Positions 32,604-41,612 of a DNA stretch of 61,610 bases are shown here, one piece after another; the stretch's first letter is position 1; each line of letters begins with the position of its first letter. The DNA is taken from NCBI GenBank assembly GCA_013043005.1, contig JABDOZ010000063.1:1-61610 (forward strand). The letters are read 5' to 3'. The position numbers and the translations under genes are program-made. The DNA comes from Flavobacteriaceae bacterium. GTDB lineage: Bacteria; Bacteroidota; Bacteroidia; Flavobacteriales; Flavobacteriaceae. The notes below the pieces were generated by a model. That model was not told the origin of the DNA, made no database searches, and saw only the letters and a program-made list of their open reading frames with translations.

Positions 32604-33261
32604 ATGAAAAAATTTACTTTTTTGCTATTATTATGTATAATGTACCCTCGCGTTAATCATGCTCAATTTTTAACTGCGACATATTGTCAACTTCCAACTG
32701 GTTCAGCCTTCATTCTTAATTCTTGCGATTCCTCAACAAAAAATGTAATTACTTTTGAGGGGTGGGCAGGAGAATATTCTCTTATTGAAGTAAACGCTGG
32801 AGAAACTTAATGAGTTCAATAGTTCTATTGCCACAGATTTTATTACCATTGGTGATGATGCAGGTTCATCAGCATATGCAAGTGGTGTAACACCTGTAAC
32901 CTGGACTTCAGGTTTTACCCGAGACATTCGTTTTTATACAAATACAGATGCAGCCTGTGGAGAACAACAATTCGGACGAGAAAGATCGGTTATTTGTGGT
33001 TCAGGCTTTTTATCGAATAAAGATGTTACTTTTCAGGGCTTGCAGTATTACCCAAATCCGGTCGATAGTATTTTAAATTTAACTTCAAAAGAAAATATAG
33101 ATCAAGTTTTAATTTACAATATGATTGGTCAAGAGGTTTTAAAAGTTTCACCCAACTCGTAATCAAATGAAGTAAATGTTTCACAGTTAAGCAAAGGAGC
33201 TTATTTTATGAATGTCAGTATCAATGGTTCTAAAGAGAACTTCAAAATTATTAAGAATTAG
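32604..33261 (+). pseudogene. decayed gene for a secreted protein with a T9SS C-terminal sorting domain (one frameshift plus one in-frame TAA)
   Basis: Signal peptide MKKFTFLLLLCIMYPRVNHAQ. The reading frame shifts +1 between 32794 and 32810. The downstream frame encodes ...ICGSGFLSNKDVTFQGLQYYPNPVDSILNLTSKENIDQVLIYNMIGQEVLKVSPNS*SNEVNVSQLSKGAYFMNVSINGSKENFKIIKN. That is a typical type-A T9SS CTD interrupted by TAA at 33160-33162. Confidence 0.8.
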
Positions 33262-33282
33262 GTAATAAATAATTTAATTTTC

Positions 33283-33310
33283 AAAAGCCACCAATCGGTG
33301 GCTTTTGTTT
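33283..33310 (+). terminator. Rho-independent terminator
   Basis: Stem AAAAGCCACC/GGTGGCTTTT with loop AATC, then a T-rich tail. Confidence 0.8.
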
Positions 33311-33334
33311 TGTGGTTTATTTACCTTTGCTAGA

Positions 33335-34345
33335 ATGGAATTGAGTATATCCTTTATAATACCTGTTTTTAATAGGCCAAATGAAATTCACGAGCTTTTG
33401 CAAAGTTTTACGAATTTAAGATCAAGCAGTCCATATGAAATTGTGATTGTTGAAGATGGATCTTCAATAACATGTAAGGAAATAGTGGTTAAATTTTCTT
33501 CAGAATTGAACATTAGGTATTTATTCAAAGAAAATTCTGGTCCAGGAGATTCCAGAAATTTTGGTATGAATCAAGCAAAAGGAAATTATTTTATTATTCT
33601 TGATTCAGATTGTATTCTACCCCCAGATTATTTAGAAGCTGTTTTAGAAAGCTTGAATACCAGCTACACGGATTGTTTTGGTGGTCCGGATTCTGCTCAT
33701 TCATCTTTTTCAAACTTACAGAAAGCAATCAATTTTTCAATGACCTCATTTATTACAACAGGAGGAATAAGGGGTAGAAAAAAGAGCGTCCAAAGATTTG
33801 AGCCCAGAAGTTTTAACATGGGAATATCAAAAAAAGCTTTTATAAAATCAGGAGGATTTGGAAATATTCATCCAGGAGAAGATCCTGATTTGTCAATACG
33901 ACTAAAAAAATTAGGGTATAAAACTAAATTAATACCAGAAGCTTTTGTATACCACAAGAGAAGAATTTCATTACCAAAATTCTACTCTCAAGTGTATAAA
34001 TTTGGATTAGTTCGTCCAATATTAAATAATTGGCATCCGGCTAGTAGAAAAATATCCTTTTGGTTTCCGTTTCTTTTTAGTTTGGGCTTGGTTTTATCCA
34101 TTTCAGCTTTTCTAATCGGTTTTTCACAATTTTTGTGGTTGTTTGTCGGATATTTCTTTATGGTATTTGTGGTATCTTTAATCAAAAATAAAAGTATAAT
34201 AGTTGCATTAATTTCAATAATTACAACAATTTTACAGTTTTTAGGTTACGGTTTTGGGTTTATTATATCCACATTAAACATTAATATTTTTAATAGAAAA
34301 CCAGAAGTTATATATCCTTTTTTATTCTTTAAAATAAATGATTAA
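33335..34345 (+). CDS. family 2 glycosyltransferase with C-terminal TM segments
   Basis: GT-A motifs SFIIPVFNRP, VEDGSS and ILDSDC. Start placed at the ATG at 33335 because the track TTG start lies inside the upstream terminator. Confidence 0.85.
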   Translation: MELSISFIIPVFNRPNEIHELLQSFTNLRSSSPYEIVIVEDGSSITCKEIVVKFSSELNIRYLFKENSGPGDSRNFGMNQAKGNYFIILDSDCILPPDYLEAVLESLNTSYTDCFGGPDSAHSSFSNLQKAINFSMTSFITTGGIRGRKKSVQRFEPRSFNMGISKKAFIKSGGFGNIHPGEDPDLSIRLKKLGYKTKLIPEAFVYHKRRISLPKFYSQVYKFGLVRPILNNWHPASRKISFWFPFLFSLGLVLSISAFLIGFSQFLWLFVGYFFMVFVVSLIKNKSIIVALISIITTILQFLGYGFGFIISTLNINIFNRKPEVIYPFLFFKIND

Positions 34346-35300
34346 ACTACTTAGATCTAAGTTGATTAAATTGGTAAAGAGCAAGCGAATTAACGTTTTC
34401 TTACTTTTTCTTCTATTGTCGTTTTTATTTTTACTACTGACTAAACTTACAAAAGATTACACCAAGACCATCACCTTCCAGATAAAGCCGGTAAATGCGG
34501 TTGAGAACTATGTAATTTTAAAAGACAGATCACATAAGTTGAATATCACATTGAGCACTTATGGATTCAAGCTTTTGAGATTTTATTTGTCAAATCCAAC
34601 TGTTGAAGTTGACTTATCTAAAATTGATGACTATGATAACAAATATATTTGGACAAATAGGAAAGGATTAGCATCTGTCAATGCTCAATTTGATGAAAAT
34701 GTAAGGATTATTGCAGTAAATCCAGATACTATAGAATTCAGGTATGATAAAAATGCTGTAAAAGTAATTCCAGTTGAATTTAACAAAGAAGTTTCATTTG
34801 TTCCAGGTTTTGATATTTATGAGGAGTACCAATTGATTCCGGATAGTATTAAAGTGATAGGTCCAAAAATTTTATTGGATTCTATAAAGGTCATTCAAAC
34901 ACAATTATTAAAATTAGAAGAAGTTCAAAGTAATATAAATACGCCTTTAAACTTAATATTACCTGACAGTTCCGAAAATGTGGTTTATTCGCATAAAAAG
35001 ATTATCGTGCAGGGGAATGTTGATAAATTTACAGAAGGAACAGTGCAGGTTCCTATAAATATTATAAATGTACCTAAGGATTTAAAAATCAACTATTTTC
35101 CTAAAACAATAGGAGTATCTTATTACACAAGTTTAAGAGATTTTAAAGATGTTGCTTTTAATGATTTTATTGTAGAATGTAATTATAAGAATTTAGTAGA
35201 AGGCAGTACTTTTTTGGAGCCTCAATTGATCAGATTTCCTGAAAATGTAAAAAATATAAAATTGAGTCAAAAAAGAATAGAATTTGTAATATCAGAATGA
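34338..35300 (+). CDS. YbbR-like domain-containing protein (CdaR family-like)
   Basis: N-terminal TM anchor followed by repeated beta-rich modules of about 90 aa. Overlaps GT2 by 8 nt and coaE by 4 nt. Confidence 0.5.
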   Translation: MIKLLRSKLIKLVKSKRINVFLLFLLLSFLFLLLTKLTKDYTKTITFQIKPVNAVENYVILKDRSHKLNITLSTYGFKLLRFYLSNPTVEVDLSKIDDYDNKYIWTNRKGLASVNAQFDENVRIIAVNPDTIEFRYDKNAVKVIPVEFNKEVSFVPGFDIYEEYQLIPDSIKVIGPKILLDSIKVIQTQLLKLEEVQSNINTPLNLILPDSSENVVYSHKKIIVQGNVDKFTEGTVQVPINIINVPKDLKINYFPKTIGVSYYTSLRDFKDVAFNDFIVECNYKNLVEGSTFLEPQLIRFPENVKNIKLSQKRIEFVISE

Positions 35301-35884
35301 CAATAGTAGGACTAACAGGAGGCATAGGAAGTGGTAAAACCACTGTTGCAAATTTTTTTGAGGATTTGCGCGTACCTGTTTATTTTGCCGATATTGAAGC
35401 CAAGAAATTAATGAACAGATCAAAAGTACTTCAAAGAAAAATAAAGGCCTTATTTGGAGAGGAAGCTTATGTAAATAATGAATTGAACCGACCTTATCTG
35501 GCAAGTAAAATATTTAATAATGAAAACCTTCTTCAGAAAATGAATGCTATTGTGCATCCTAAAGTTGGAAAACATTTTGATCGATGGGTTAAAAATCAAA
35601 ATGCACCATATGTTATCAAAGAAGCTGCTGTTATTTTTGAGAATGATAGTTATAAGAATTATGATTTTATTATTACCGTGGTTGCAGATAAAAAGGCACG
35701 AATGAAGCGAATTCTTAAAAGGGATCTTACAACACAACAAAAAATTAAAGCCATCATGAAAAATCAATGGGTCGATTCTAAAAAAGTAAGGCTTTCAGAT
35801 TTTGTTATAAACAATAAATCCTTTGAGAATACAAGGGAACAGGTGGATTCCATTCATCGAAAACTCTTAAATTTGTCAAATTAA
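35297..35884 (+). CDS. coaE: dephospho-CoA kinase
   Basis: P-loop GLTGGIGSGKTT at the N-terminus, with size typical of CoaE. Confidence 0.92.
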   Translation: MTIVGLTGGIGSGKTTVANFFEDLRVPVYFADIEAKKLMNRSKVLQRKIKALFGEEAYVNNELNRPYLASKIFNNENLLQKMNAIVHPKVGKHFDRWVKNQNAPYVIKEAAVIFENDSYKNYDFIITVVADKKARMKRILKRDLTTQQKIKAIMKNQWVDSKKVRLSDFVINNKSFENTREQVDSIHRKLLNLSN

Positions 35885-35893
35885 TATTAGAAT

Positions 35894-35951
35894 TTAACGT
35901 TTTTGTTAACGTTAGGTTAAATGGTGTCAAATCTAAATGTTAAAATGTTAA
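35894..35951 (+). promoter_or_regulatory. direct-repeat cluster upstream of the two-component operon (candidate operator)
   Basis: TTAACGTT occurs at 35894-35901 and 35906-35913. AATGTTAA is tandem at 35936-35943 and 35944-35951. The shared GTTAA core occurs 4 times. Confidence 0.35.
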
Positions 35952-35960
35952 TTTTGAACG

Positions 35961-37538
35961 ATGAGTAAAAAGATATTCATCTTGTTGGTGCTATTGATGA
36001 GTTTGTCCTTAATTGGAATCATTTTCGTTCAAGCGTACTATATCAATAATACGGTAAAGAATAAAGAAGATCAGTTTGCTTTTAATGTAAAAAACACTCT
36101 TGAATTTGTGGCAAAAGCCATCGAGGAGAGGGAATCCAGGCAATACTATCAAAGATACCAGAATTTGATCAGTAATACGGATAAAGCTGATTCGATAGCG
36201 ATAAGGGAATTATTCATAAAACAGGAAGATGAAGGATTAAATGAAACACTTATTTACAGAAATGGGATTTTAGAGGAAAATTTTAAACTCTCAACATCGC
36301 TCTTTGACATAGGTTTAGATACAGACAGTATAACACTTCAACGGCTCACGGGAAGACGGGAAACGAAGATATTTTCGGGTAGTGCAGTAGAGAATGATTT
36401 GGCTTTAAATCCAATAAAAACTCTTTTAAACATTGGAAGAATATCAGAGGTTGAAAAATCCCAGTTTGAAATGGCATATAGAGATTTGATGAAGAGAAAG
36501 CCCATTCATAAAAGGGTATCTGAAGAAGAGATAAATAGATTATTTGATTTGCGTCTACAGCAGGAGCAATTGGATTTAAATTATGAATTTGCCATTTACA
36601 GCAAAGATCTTGCAACAAAAGTTCAGTCTGATGATTTTGAATTAAAAAAAGGTTCAACTTTCGGAACACCAATTTTTCTGGACAACGAAAATAGAACAGA
36701 CTTTAATTTATTAATTAATTTTCCTGAAAGACAGAAATTTATTTTATCCTCAATTTTGGGAATGGCCGTATTATCGGTACTTTTTACCATAATTATTTTT
36801 GTAGCCTTTACAACAGCAATTTACCAGTTAATTAAACAGCGTAAAATTTCCAGAATAAAAACTGATTTTATAAATAATATGACGCATGAGTTCAAAACAC
36901 CTATTGCGACCATAAATTTAGCATTAGATGCGATAAGGAATCCTCAGGTTATAGAAGATCAAGATAAAGTAAAGCGATACTTATCTATGATTAAAGACGA
37001 GAACAAACGTATGCATGCTCAGGTTGAAAATGTATTGAGAATATCTAAACTTGAAAAAAATGAATTGAATATTAGTAAGGATAGGGTAAAACTGCACGAC
37101 CTAATAGATGATGCCATAGCTCATATTGATCTAATTGTCAAAGATAGAAATGGCTATGTAAAGACAGATTTAAGGGCAGAGCATGATTCGGTATTGGCTA
37201 ATGAAACTCACTTTACTAGCGTAATTGTAAATGTTTTGGATAATGCTGTGAAGTATTCACCGGATAATCCTAAAATTAAGGTTTACACAGAAAATGTGGG
37301 AAACAGTGTATTGCTTAAAATAACTGATAAAGGCAGCGGAATGAGCAAAGCTGCACAAAAAAAAGTGTTTGACAAATTTTATAGAGAACAGACAGGAGAT
37401 ATACATAATGTAAAAGGTCACGGTCTGGGTCTGGCATATGTAAAAAGAATTGTAGAAGACCATCAAGGTCATATTGATGTAGTAAGTGAAAAAGGAAAAG
37501 GTAGTACCTTTATAATAAAATTACCACTAATATCATAA
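35961..37538 (+). CDS. sensor histidine kinase
   Basis: Two TM segments flank a domain of about 230 aa predicted to be periplasmic. H-box HEFKTPIATI, N-box DNAVKY, and G-boxes DKGSGM and GHGLGLA. Confidence 0.9.
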   Translation: MSKKIFILLVLLMSLSLIGIIFVQAYYINNTVKNKEDQFAFNVKNTLEFVAKAIEERESRQYYQRYQNLISNTDKADSIAIRELFIKQEDEGLNETLIYRNGILEENFKLSTSLFDIGLDTDSITLQRLTGRRETKIFSGSAVENDLALNPIKTLLNIGRISEVEKSQFEMAYRDLMKRKPIHKRVSEEEINRLFDLRLQQEQLDLNYEFAIYSKDLATKVQSDDFELKKGSTFGTPIFLDNENRTDFNLLINFPERQKFILSSILGMAVLSVLFTIIIFVAFTTAIYQLIKQRKISRIKTDFINNMTHEFKTPIATINLALDAIRNPQVIEDQDKVKRYLSMIKDENKRMHAQVENVLRISKLEKNELNISKDRVKLHDLIDDAIAHIDLIVKDRNGYVKTDLRAEHDSVLANETHFTSVIVNVLDNAVKYSPDNPKIKVYTENVGNSVLLKITDKGSGMSKAAQKKVFDKFYREQTGDIHNVKGHGLGLAYVKRIVEDHQGHIDVVSEKGKGSTFIIKLPLIS

Positions 37539-37542
37539 GGAT

Positions 37543-38253
37543 ATGGAAGAACTAAAGAAGAAAATTTTATTGGTAGAAGACGATCCAAATTTCGGTACCG
37601 TCTTAAAAGACTATTTATCCATGAATAACTACGATGTTGTTCATGCTAAAAATGGTATGGAAGGATTTGAAAAATTTAAGAAAGATGATTACGATCTGTG
37701 TATATTGGACGTAATGATGCCATATAAAGATGGATTTACATTAGCAAAGGAAATTCGTGAAAAAAATAAGGATGTACCTATTATCTTTCTAACGGCAAAA
37801 GCGATGAAGGAAGATGTTTTAAAAGGTTACAAGGTAGGTGCGGATGATTATTTGAACAAGCCTTTTGATAGTGAGGTTCTGTTGATGAAAATTAAAGCCA
37901 TCATGCAGCGTAAAACATCTGATAGTATTGCTGATAGTAAACAGTTTGAATTTAAAATTGGGGGATTCGATCTAAACTCAAAGCTTCGTTTTTTAAGCTA
38001 TAAAGGAGGAAAGCAAATTAAATTATCACCAAAGGAAAATGAATTATTAAGATTACTGGCCTTGCATGAAAATGATCTCATGCCAAGAGAATTGGCATTG
38101 ACTAAAATATGGAGAGATGATAATTATTTTACATCGAGAAGCATGGATGTATATATAGCTAAACTGCGGAAATATTTAAAACTTGATGAAAATGTTGAAA
38201 TACTTAATATTCATGGAGAAGGGTTTAGATTAGTCGTCAACCAAAAAGCTTAA
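37543..38253 (+). CDS. OmpR/PhoB-family response regulator
   Basis: Receiver domain (LLVEDD, phospho-acceptor context ILDVMMP, conserved K in LNKPF) plus a winged-helix output domain. Confidence 0.92.
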   Translation: MEELKKKILLVEDDPNFGTVLKDYLSMNNYDVVHAKNGMEGFEKFKKDDYDLCILDVMMPYKDGFTLAKEIREKNKDVPIIFLTAKAMKEDVLKGYKVGADDYLNKPFDSEVLLMKIKAIMQRKTSDSIADSKQFEFKIGGFDLNSKLRFLSYKGGKQIKLSPKENELLRLLALHENDLMPRELALTKIWRDDNYFTSRSMDVYIAKLRKYLKLDENVEILNIHGEGFRLVVNQKA

Positions 38254-38272
38254 ATCAATAAGTAAAATCATT

Positions 38273-38299
38273 AAAAAACCAGCGCAAGCTGGTTTTTTT
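38273..38299. terminator. bidirectional Rho-independent terminator between convergent operons
   Basis: A6-CCAGC-GCAA-GCTGG-T7. The T-run overlaps the stop codon of the minus-strand deaminase gene. Confidence 0.8.
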
Positions 38300-38774
38300 A
38301 GTATTTAACTGTATTGGGGTTGTTTTTCCAAGCCTTAAATAGTTTCAGACCTTCCTGTCTCATAATATTTTGGAATTCAATTTTTCTCTGATCTAATTTT
38401 TTTTGAATTTCAGTATAAATAAACTGGTCATCAAAATCAATTACTGCCGCATCATTTCTATTACATGCGTAATAGACTTTTTTCGGTCTTGCCCAATATA
38501 TGGCACCAAGACACATTGGACAAGGTTCGCAGGATGTATAGATTACACAATCATCTAATTGAAAGGAATTTAACTTTTCACAAGCTTTCTTGATTGCGAC
38601 AATTTCAGCATGAGCAGTAGGGTCATTAGTAGAAGTAACTCTATTATAGCCTTCAGCAATTATTTTATTATCCATAACAATTACAGCTCCAAAGGGTCCA
38701 CCAGAATTTGAGTCAGCTCCTTTTTGTGCTAAATCAATTGCTTTCTGCATGAAATAGCTGTCTTTTTCAGTCAT
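38298..38774 (-). CDS. guaD: CDA-fold guanine deaminase (GuaD-like nucleoside/nucleobase deaminase)
   Basis: As I recall it, close similarity along the whole length to B. subtilis GuaD (GGPFGAVIV, NDPTAHAEIVAI, YTSCEPCPMCLGAIYWARPKKVYYA, DFDDQFIY). Start set to MTEKD at 38774. The longer track ORF would overlap the upstream gene. Confidence 0.8.
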   Translation of the reverse strand: MTEKDSYFMQKAIDLAQKGADSNSGGPFGAVIVMDNKIIAEGYNRVTSTNDPTAHAEIVAIKKACEKLNSFQLDDCVIYTSCEPCPMCLGAIYWARPKKVYYACNRNDAAVIDFDDQFIYTEIQKKLDQRKIEFQNIMRQEGLKLFKAWKNNPNTVKY

Positions 38775-38784
38775 TCCGAAAAAA

Positions 38785-39351
38785 TTAGGATAAAACCTGT
38801 TTTTCAACTTTATAAGAAACAATACTTTGTGTTCCTTTTGCAATAGCCTCCTCATTTAAAGGAATTAAATGATGGTATCGCTCAGGAAGCGATTTTTTCA
38901 ATCCTTCAATAACATTTTCCAATTTAACTATGGGCTTAATTTTTAGGTAAGCACCTAAAACAACCATGTTGAATATTTTTTTGTTACCCATTTCTGTCGC
39001 AATCCTGTTGGCTTCAATTTGATAGATATCAATATCAGTTCTGGTTGGATGATGATGTATTCCGTTAGGTTCATAAATCAAAACACCACCAGGTTTAACA
39101 GATTCTTCAAATTTATCCATGGATTGTTGGTTAAGGATAATTGCTGTGTCATAAACCTTAAGATAAGGAGAACTGATACGCTCATCACTTAAAATAACCG
39201 TTACGTTAGCTGTTCCGCCACGCATTTCAGGTCCATAGCTAGGCATCCAGCTTACTTCTTCATCTTGCATTATTCCAGAATACGCTAATATTTTCCCCAT
39301 GGATAGCACACCTTGACCACCAAATCCAGCTATAATAATTTCTTCTGTCAT
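38785..39351 (-). CDS. 2-oxoacid:ferredoxin oxidoreductase gamma subunit
   Basis: N-terminus IIIAGFGGQGVLSMGK. Size (188 aa) matches OorC/KorC. Confidence 0.88.
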   Translation of the reverse strand: MTEEIIIAGFGGQGVLSMGKILAYSGIMQDEEVSWMPSYGPEMRGGTANVTVILSDERISSPYLKVYDTAIILNQQSMDKFEESVKPGGVLIYEPNGIHHHPTRTDIDIYQIEANRIATEMGNKKIFNMVVLGAYLKIKPIVKLENVIEGLKKSLPERYHHLIPLNEEAIAKGTQSIVSYKVEKQVLS

Positions 39352-39357
39352 ATCTTG

Positions 39358-40131
39358 TTATTTTAATTTCCCTTTAACCTTAATATCTCCTAAAGGATAG
39401 AATGGGAACATATGCTTCTCCATCCATTCATTAGATTCGATAGGATTCATTTTCCAACCAGAATTACAGTTGGATACAATCTCTACAAAGGAAAGCCCTT
39501 TTTTAAGCCTAGTGTTTTCAAAAGCTGTTTTTAAAGCTTTTTTGGCTTTTCGAACATGCTTATGTGTATGGACTGATTGTCTTGTTACATAATATGTGCC
39601 GGGAAGATTGGCTACTAATTCAGTAATTTTTAGGGGATTCCCCATAGAAGAGGTTTCCCTTCCATATGGAGATGTCGATGTTCGCATTCCGGGAAGTGTA
39701 GTAGGAGCCATTTGTCCACCAGTCATACCATAGATACCATTATTAACAAAAATGATTACAATATCTTCTCCTCTGTTACAAGCGTGAATGGTTTCTGCCG
39801 TACCAATTGCTGCCAGATCACCATCACCTTGATAGGTAAAAACATATTTGTCCGGCCACAATCGTGAAATTGCCGTGGCCAACGCTGGTGCACGACCATG
39901 TGCCGCCTGTGTGATATCTACATTCATGAAATCGTATGCAAGAACAGAACATCCAACTGGAGCTACACCAATAGTGTCTTCAACTATTCCAAGTTCATCA
40001 ACGACTTCCATAGCTAAATTGTGCGCCGTTCCATGTCCACATCCCGGACAATAGGACAATGTAGTATCCGTCATTAATTTTGTCTTACAGAATACTTGAT
40101 TCTCGGGTTTTATGATGTCTAGTACGTCCAT
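39358..40131 (-). CDS. 2-oxoacid:ferredoxin oxidoreductase beta (TPP-binding) subunit
   Basis: CPGCGHG motif and the TPP motif YQGDGDLAAIG...NNGIYGMTGGQ. Overlaps the alpha subunit gene by 47 nt if the first ATG is used. Confidence 0.9.
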   Translation of the reverse strand: MDVLDIIKPENQVFCKTKLMTDTTLSYCPGCGHGTAHNLAMEVVDELGIVEDTIGVAPVGCSVLAYDFMNVDITQAAHGRAPALATAISRLWPDKYVFTYQGDGDLAAIGTAETIHACNRGEDIVIIFVNNGIYGMTGGQMAPTTLPGMRTSTSPYGRETSSMGNPLKITELVANLPGTYYVTRQSVHTHKHVRKAKKALKTAFENTRLKKGLSFVEIVSNCNSGWKMNPIESNEWMEKHMFPFYPLGDIKVKGKLK

Positions 40132-41212
40132 GTTCGTTTATTATTTTTTGTTCTAATGCTTCTAATACTTCTTCAGGAGTGTGAATAATACCTCCAGTTC
40201 TTCCAAAGTGTTCTACAGGAACTTTGTGTTCTACAGCTAACCTAACATCTTCCACCATTTGTCCGGTATTCAATTCCACACTTAAAATTCCTTTGACCTG
40301 GTCTGCCAATTCGAATAATTGTTGTTTGGGATAAGGGAATAGAGTAATTGGTCTTAACAAGCCAACTTTTAAACCTTTTTCCCGTGCCAATTTAACTGCC
40401 TTTTGAGCTATTCTTGCACTTGATCCATAAGCAACAAATAAATACTCGGCATCATCACATTCAATTTTTTCAAAACGAAGGTCTTCTTTTTCCATTCGTT
40501 TGTATTTGTCCATTAAGCGACCTACTCTGGCTTCCATTTTTTCTGGTTGTAGATCCAAGGATGTAATTATGTTACGCTTTCTTTCAGTTTTTCCGGTTAC
40601 TGCCCAATCATCATATCGTTTAATAATTTCTTTATCAGACAATCGTTCCATTTGGTCTTTAAATGATACCTTTTCCATCATTTGCCCTATTAGTCCATCA
40701 GAAAGAATCATGACAGGAGCGCGATATTTAAAAGCTATATCAAAGGCATCTTCAACAAAATCTGCCATTTCCTGTACTGAAGCAGGCGCCAATACATATA
40801 GTTTATAATCCCCATGTCCACCTCCTTTTACAGCTTGATTATAGTCGGCTTGCGATGGTTGAATAGTCCCTAAACCGGGGCCGCCACGAACCACATTTAC
40901 GATAACAGCTGGCAATTCCGCTCCCGCTAAATAAGATATACCTTCTAGTTTGAGTGAAATTCCAGGACTCGAAGATGATGTCATTACTTTCTTGCCTGTA
41001 CTTGCAGCTCCGTAAACCATATTAATGGCTGCAACTTCACTTTCAGCCTGAAGAACCACCATTCCTGTTCGTTCTTCGGGTTTTTCAGACATCAGATATT
41101 CAATCACTTCCGATTGTGGTGTGATTGGATAACCAAAATAAGCATCTGCACCAACTCGAATGGCTGCTTCAGCCAAAGCTTCGTTACCTTTCATTAGTTT
41201 TATTTCGGACAT
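40085..41212 (-). CDS. 2-oxoacid:ferredoxin oxidoreductase alpha subunit
   Basis: N-terminus LMKGNEALAEAAIRVGADAYFGYPITPQSE. Size (375 aa) equals OorA/KorA. Confidence 0.9.
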   Translation of the reverse strand: MSEIKLMKGNEALAEAAIRVGADAYFGYPITPQSEVIEYLMSEKPEERTGMVVLQAESEVAAINMVYGAASTGKKVMTSSSSPGISLKLEGISYLAGAELPAVIVNVVRGGPGLGTIQPSQADYNQAVKGGGHGDYKLYVLAPASVQEMADFVEDAFDIAFKYRAPVMILSDGLIGQMMEKVSFKDQMERLSDKEIIKRYDDWAVTGKTERKRNIITSLDLQPEKMEARVGRLMDKYKRMEKEDLRFEKIECDDAEYLFVAYGSSARIAQKAVKLAREKGLKVGLLRPITLFPYPKQQLFELADQVKGILSVELNTGQMVEDVRLAVEHKVPVEHFGRTGGIIHTPEEVLEALEQKIINEHGRTRHHKTRESSIL

Positions 41213-41223
41213 ATTGCTATGTT

Positions 41224-41454
41224 TTAATCTGTTACTTTAACTCTGTATACTGAAATGGCTCTATCTGGGCAAACCAATGCGCAATTGGTACAGCCTGTGC
41301 ATGCTTCAGGATTACTCATATAAGCGTAATGATATCCCTTTCTGTTAACCTCTTTTGACATGCTAATCACATTGTCCTGACAAACAGGTATGCAAACCTC
41401 ACAACCTTTGCATACTTCTGTATCAACAACAATAGCTCCTTTTACTTTTGCCAT
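41224..41454 (-). CDS. 4Fe-4S dicluster ferredoxin-like delta subunit of the oxidoreductase
   Basis: Two cluster motifs: CKGCEVCIPVC and CTGCTNCALVCP. Confidence 0.88.
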   Translation of the reverse strand: MAKVKGAIVVDTEVCKGCEVCIPVCQDNVISMSKEVNRKGYHYAYMSNPEACTGCTNCALVCPDRAISVYRVKVTD

Positions 41455-41500
41455 TTTAATAATTTTTTACGTGAATAATAACAGGTTGTTAAATTATTCT

Positions 41501-41508
41501 CAAAGTTA
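41501..41508 (-). promoter_or_regulatory. candidate -7 promoter box (TAnnTTTG on the minus strand) for the oxidoreductase operon
   Basis: Plus-strand CAAAGTTA equals minus-strand TAACTTTG, 46 nt upstream of the delta subunit ATG. Confidence 0.4.
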
Positions 41509-41612
41509 TGAGTATTTTTGTGCAAAAAGAATGACAAATGTCAATTTTAGGGAGTATTGAGATATGTTTTGAGGAATTGTTAAAATGGTATGTATGTTGA
41601 TAATAATTCAAT

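Noticed and set aside
32733-32927. 64-aa minus-strand ORF across the frameshift region of the T9SS pseudogene.
   Set aside because: It is antisense to a clearly homologous, though broken, plus-strand coding sequence and has no signal of its own.
33305-33334. TTG start for the glycosyltransferase at 33305.
   Set aside because: It lies within the stem and T-tail of the upstream terminator (33283-33310). The conserved GT2 N-terminus (SFIIPVFNRP) follows the ATG at 33335.
38775-38855. Longer N-terminus for the deaminase (track ORF 38298-38855), overlapping the oxidoreductase gamma subunit gene by 71 nt.
   Set aside because: The extension (MRRLLQKEHKVLFLIKLKNRFYPNFFG) has no counterpart in GuaD-like proteins. 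Similarity starts at MTEKDSYFMQKAI, so the start at 38774 is preferred.
40085-40131. The 47-nt overlap of the oxidoreductase alpha and beta genes as evidence of a frameshift error or pseudogene.
   Set aside because: Both subunits are full length with all motifs intact. The overlap can be explained by a short non-conserved alpha tail or by use of the internal Met at 40074 for beta. It is noted in the findings but not called as a defect.
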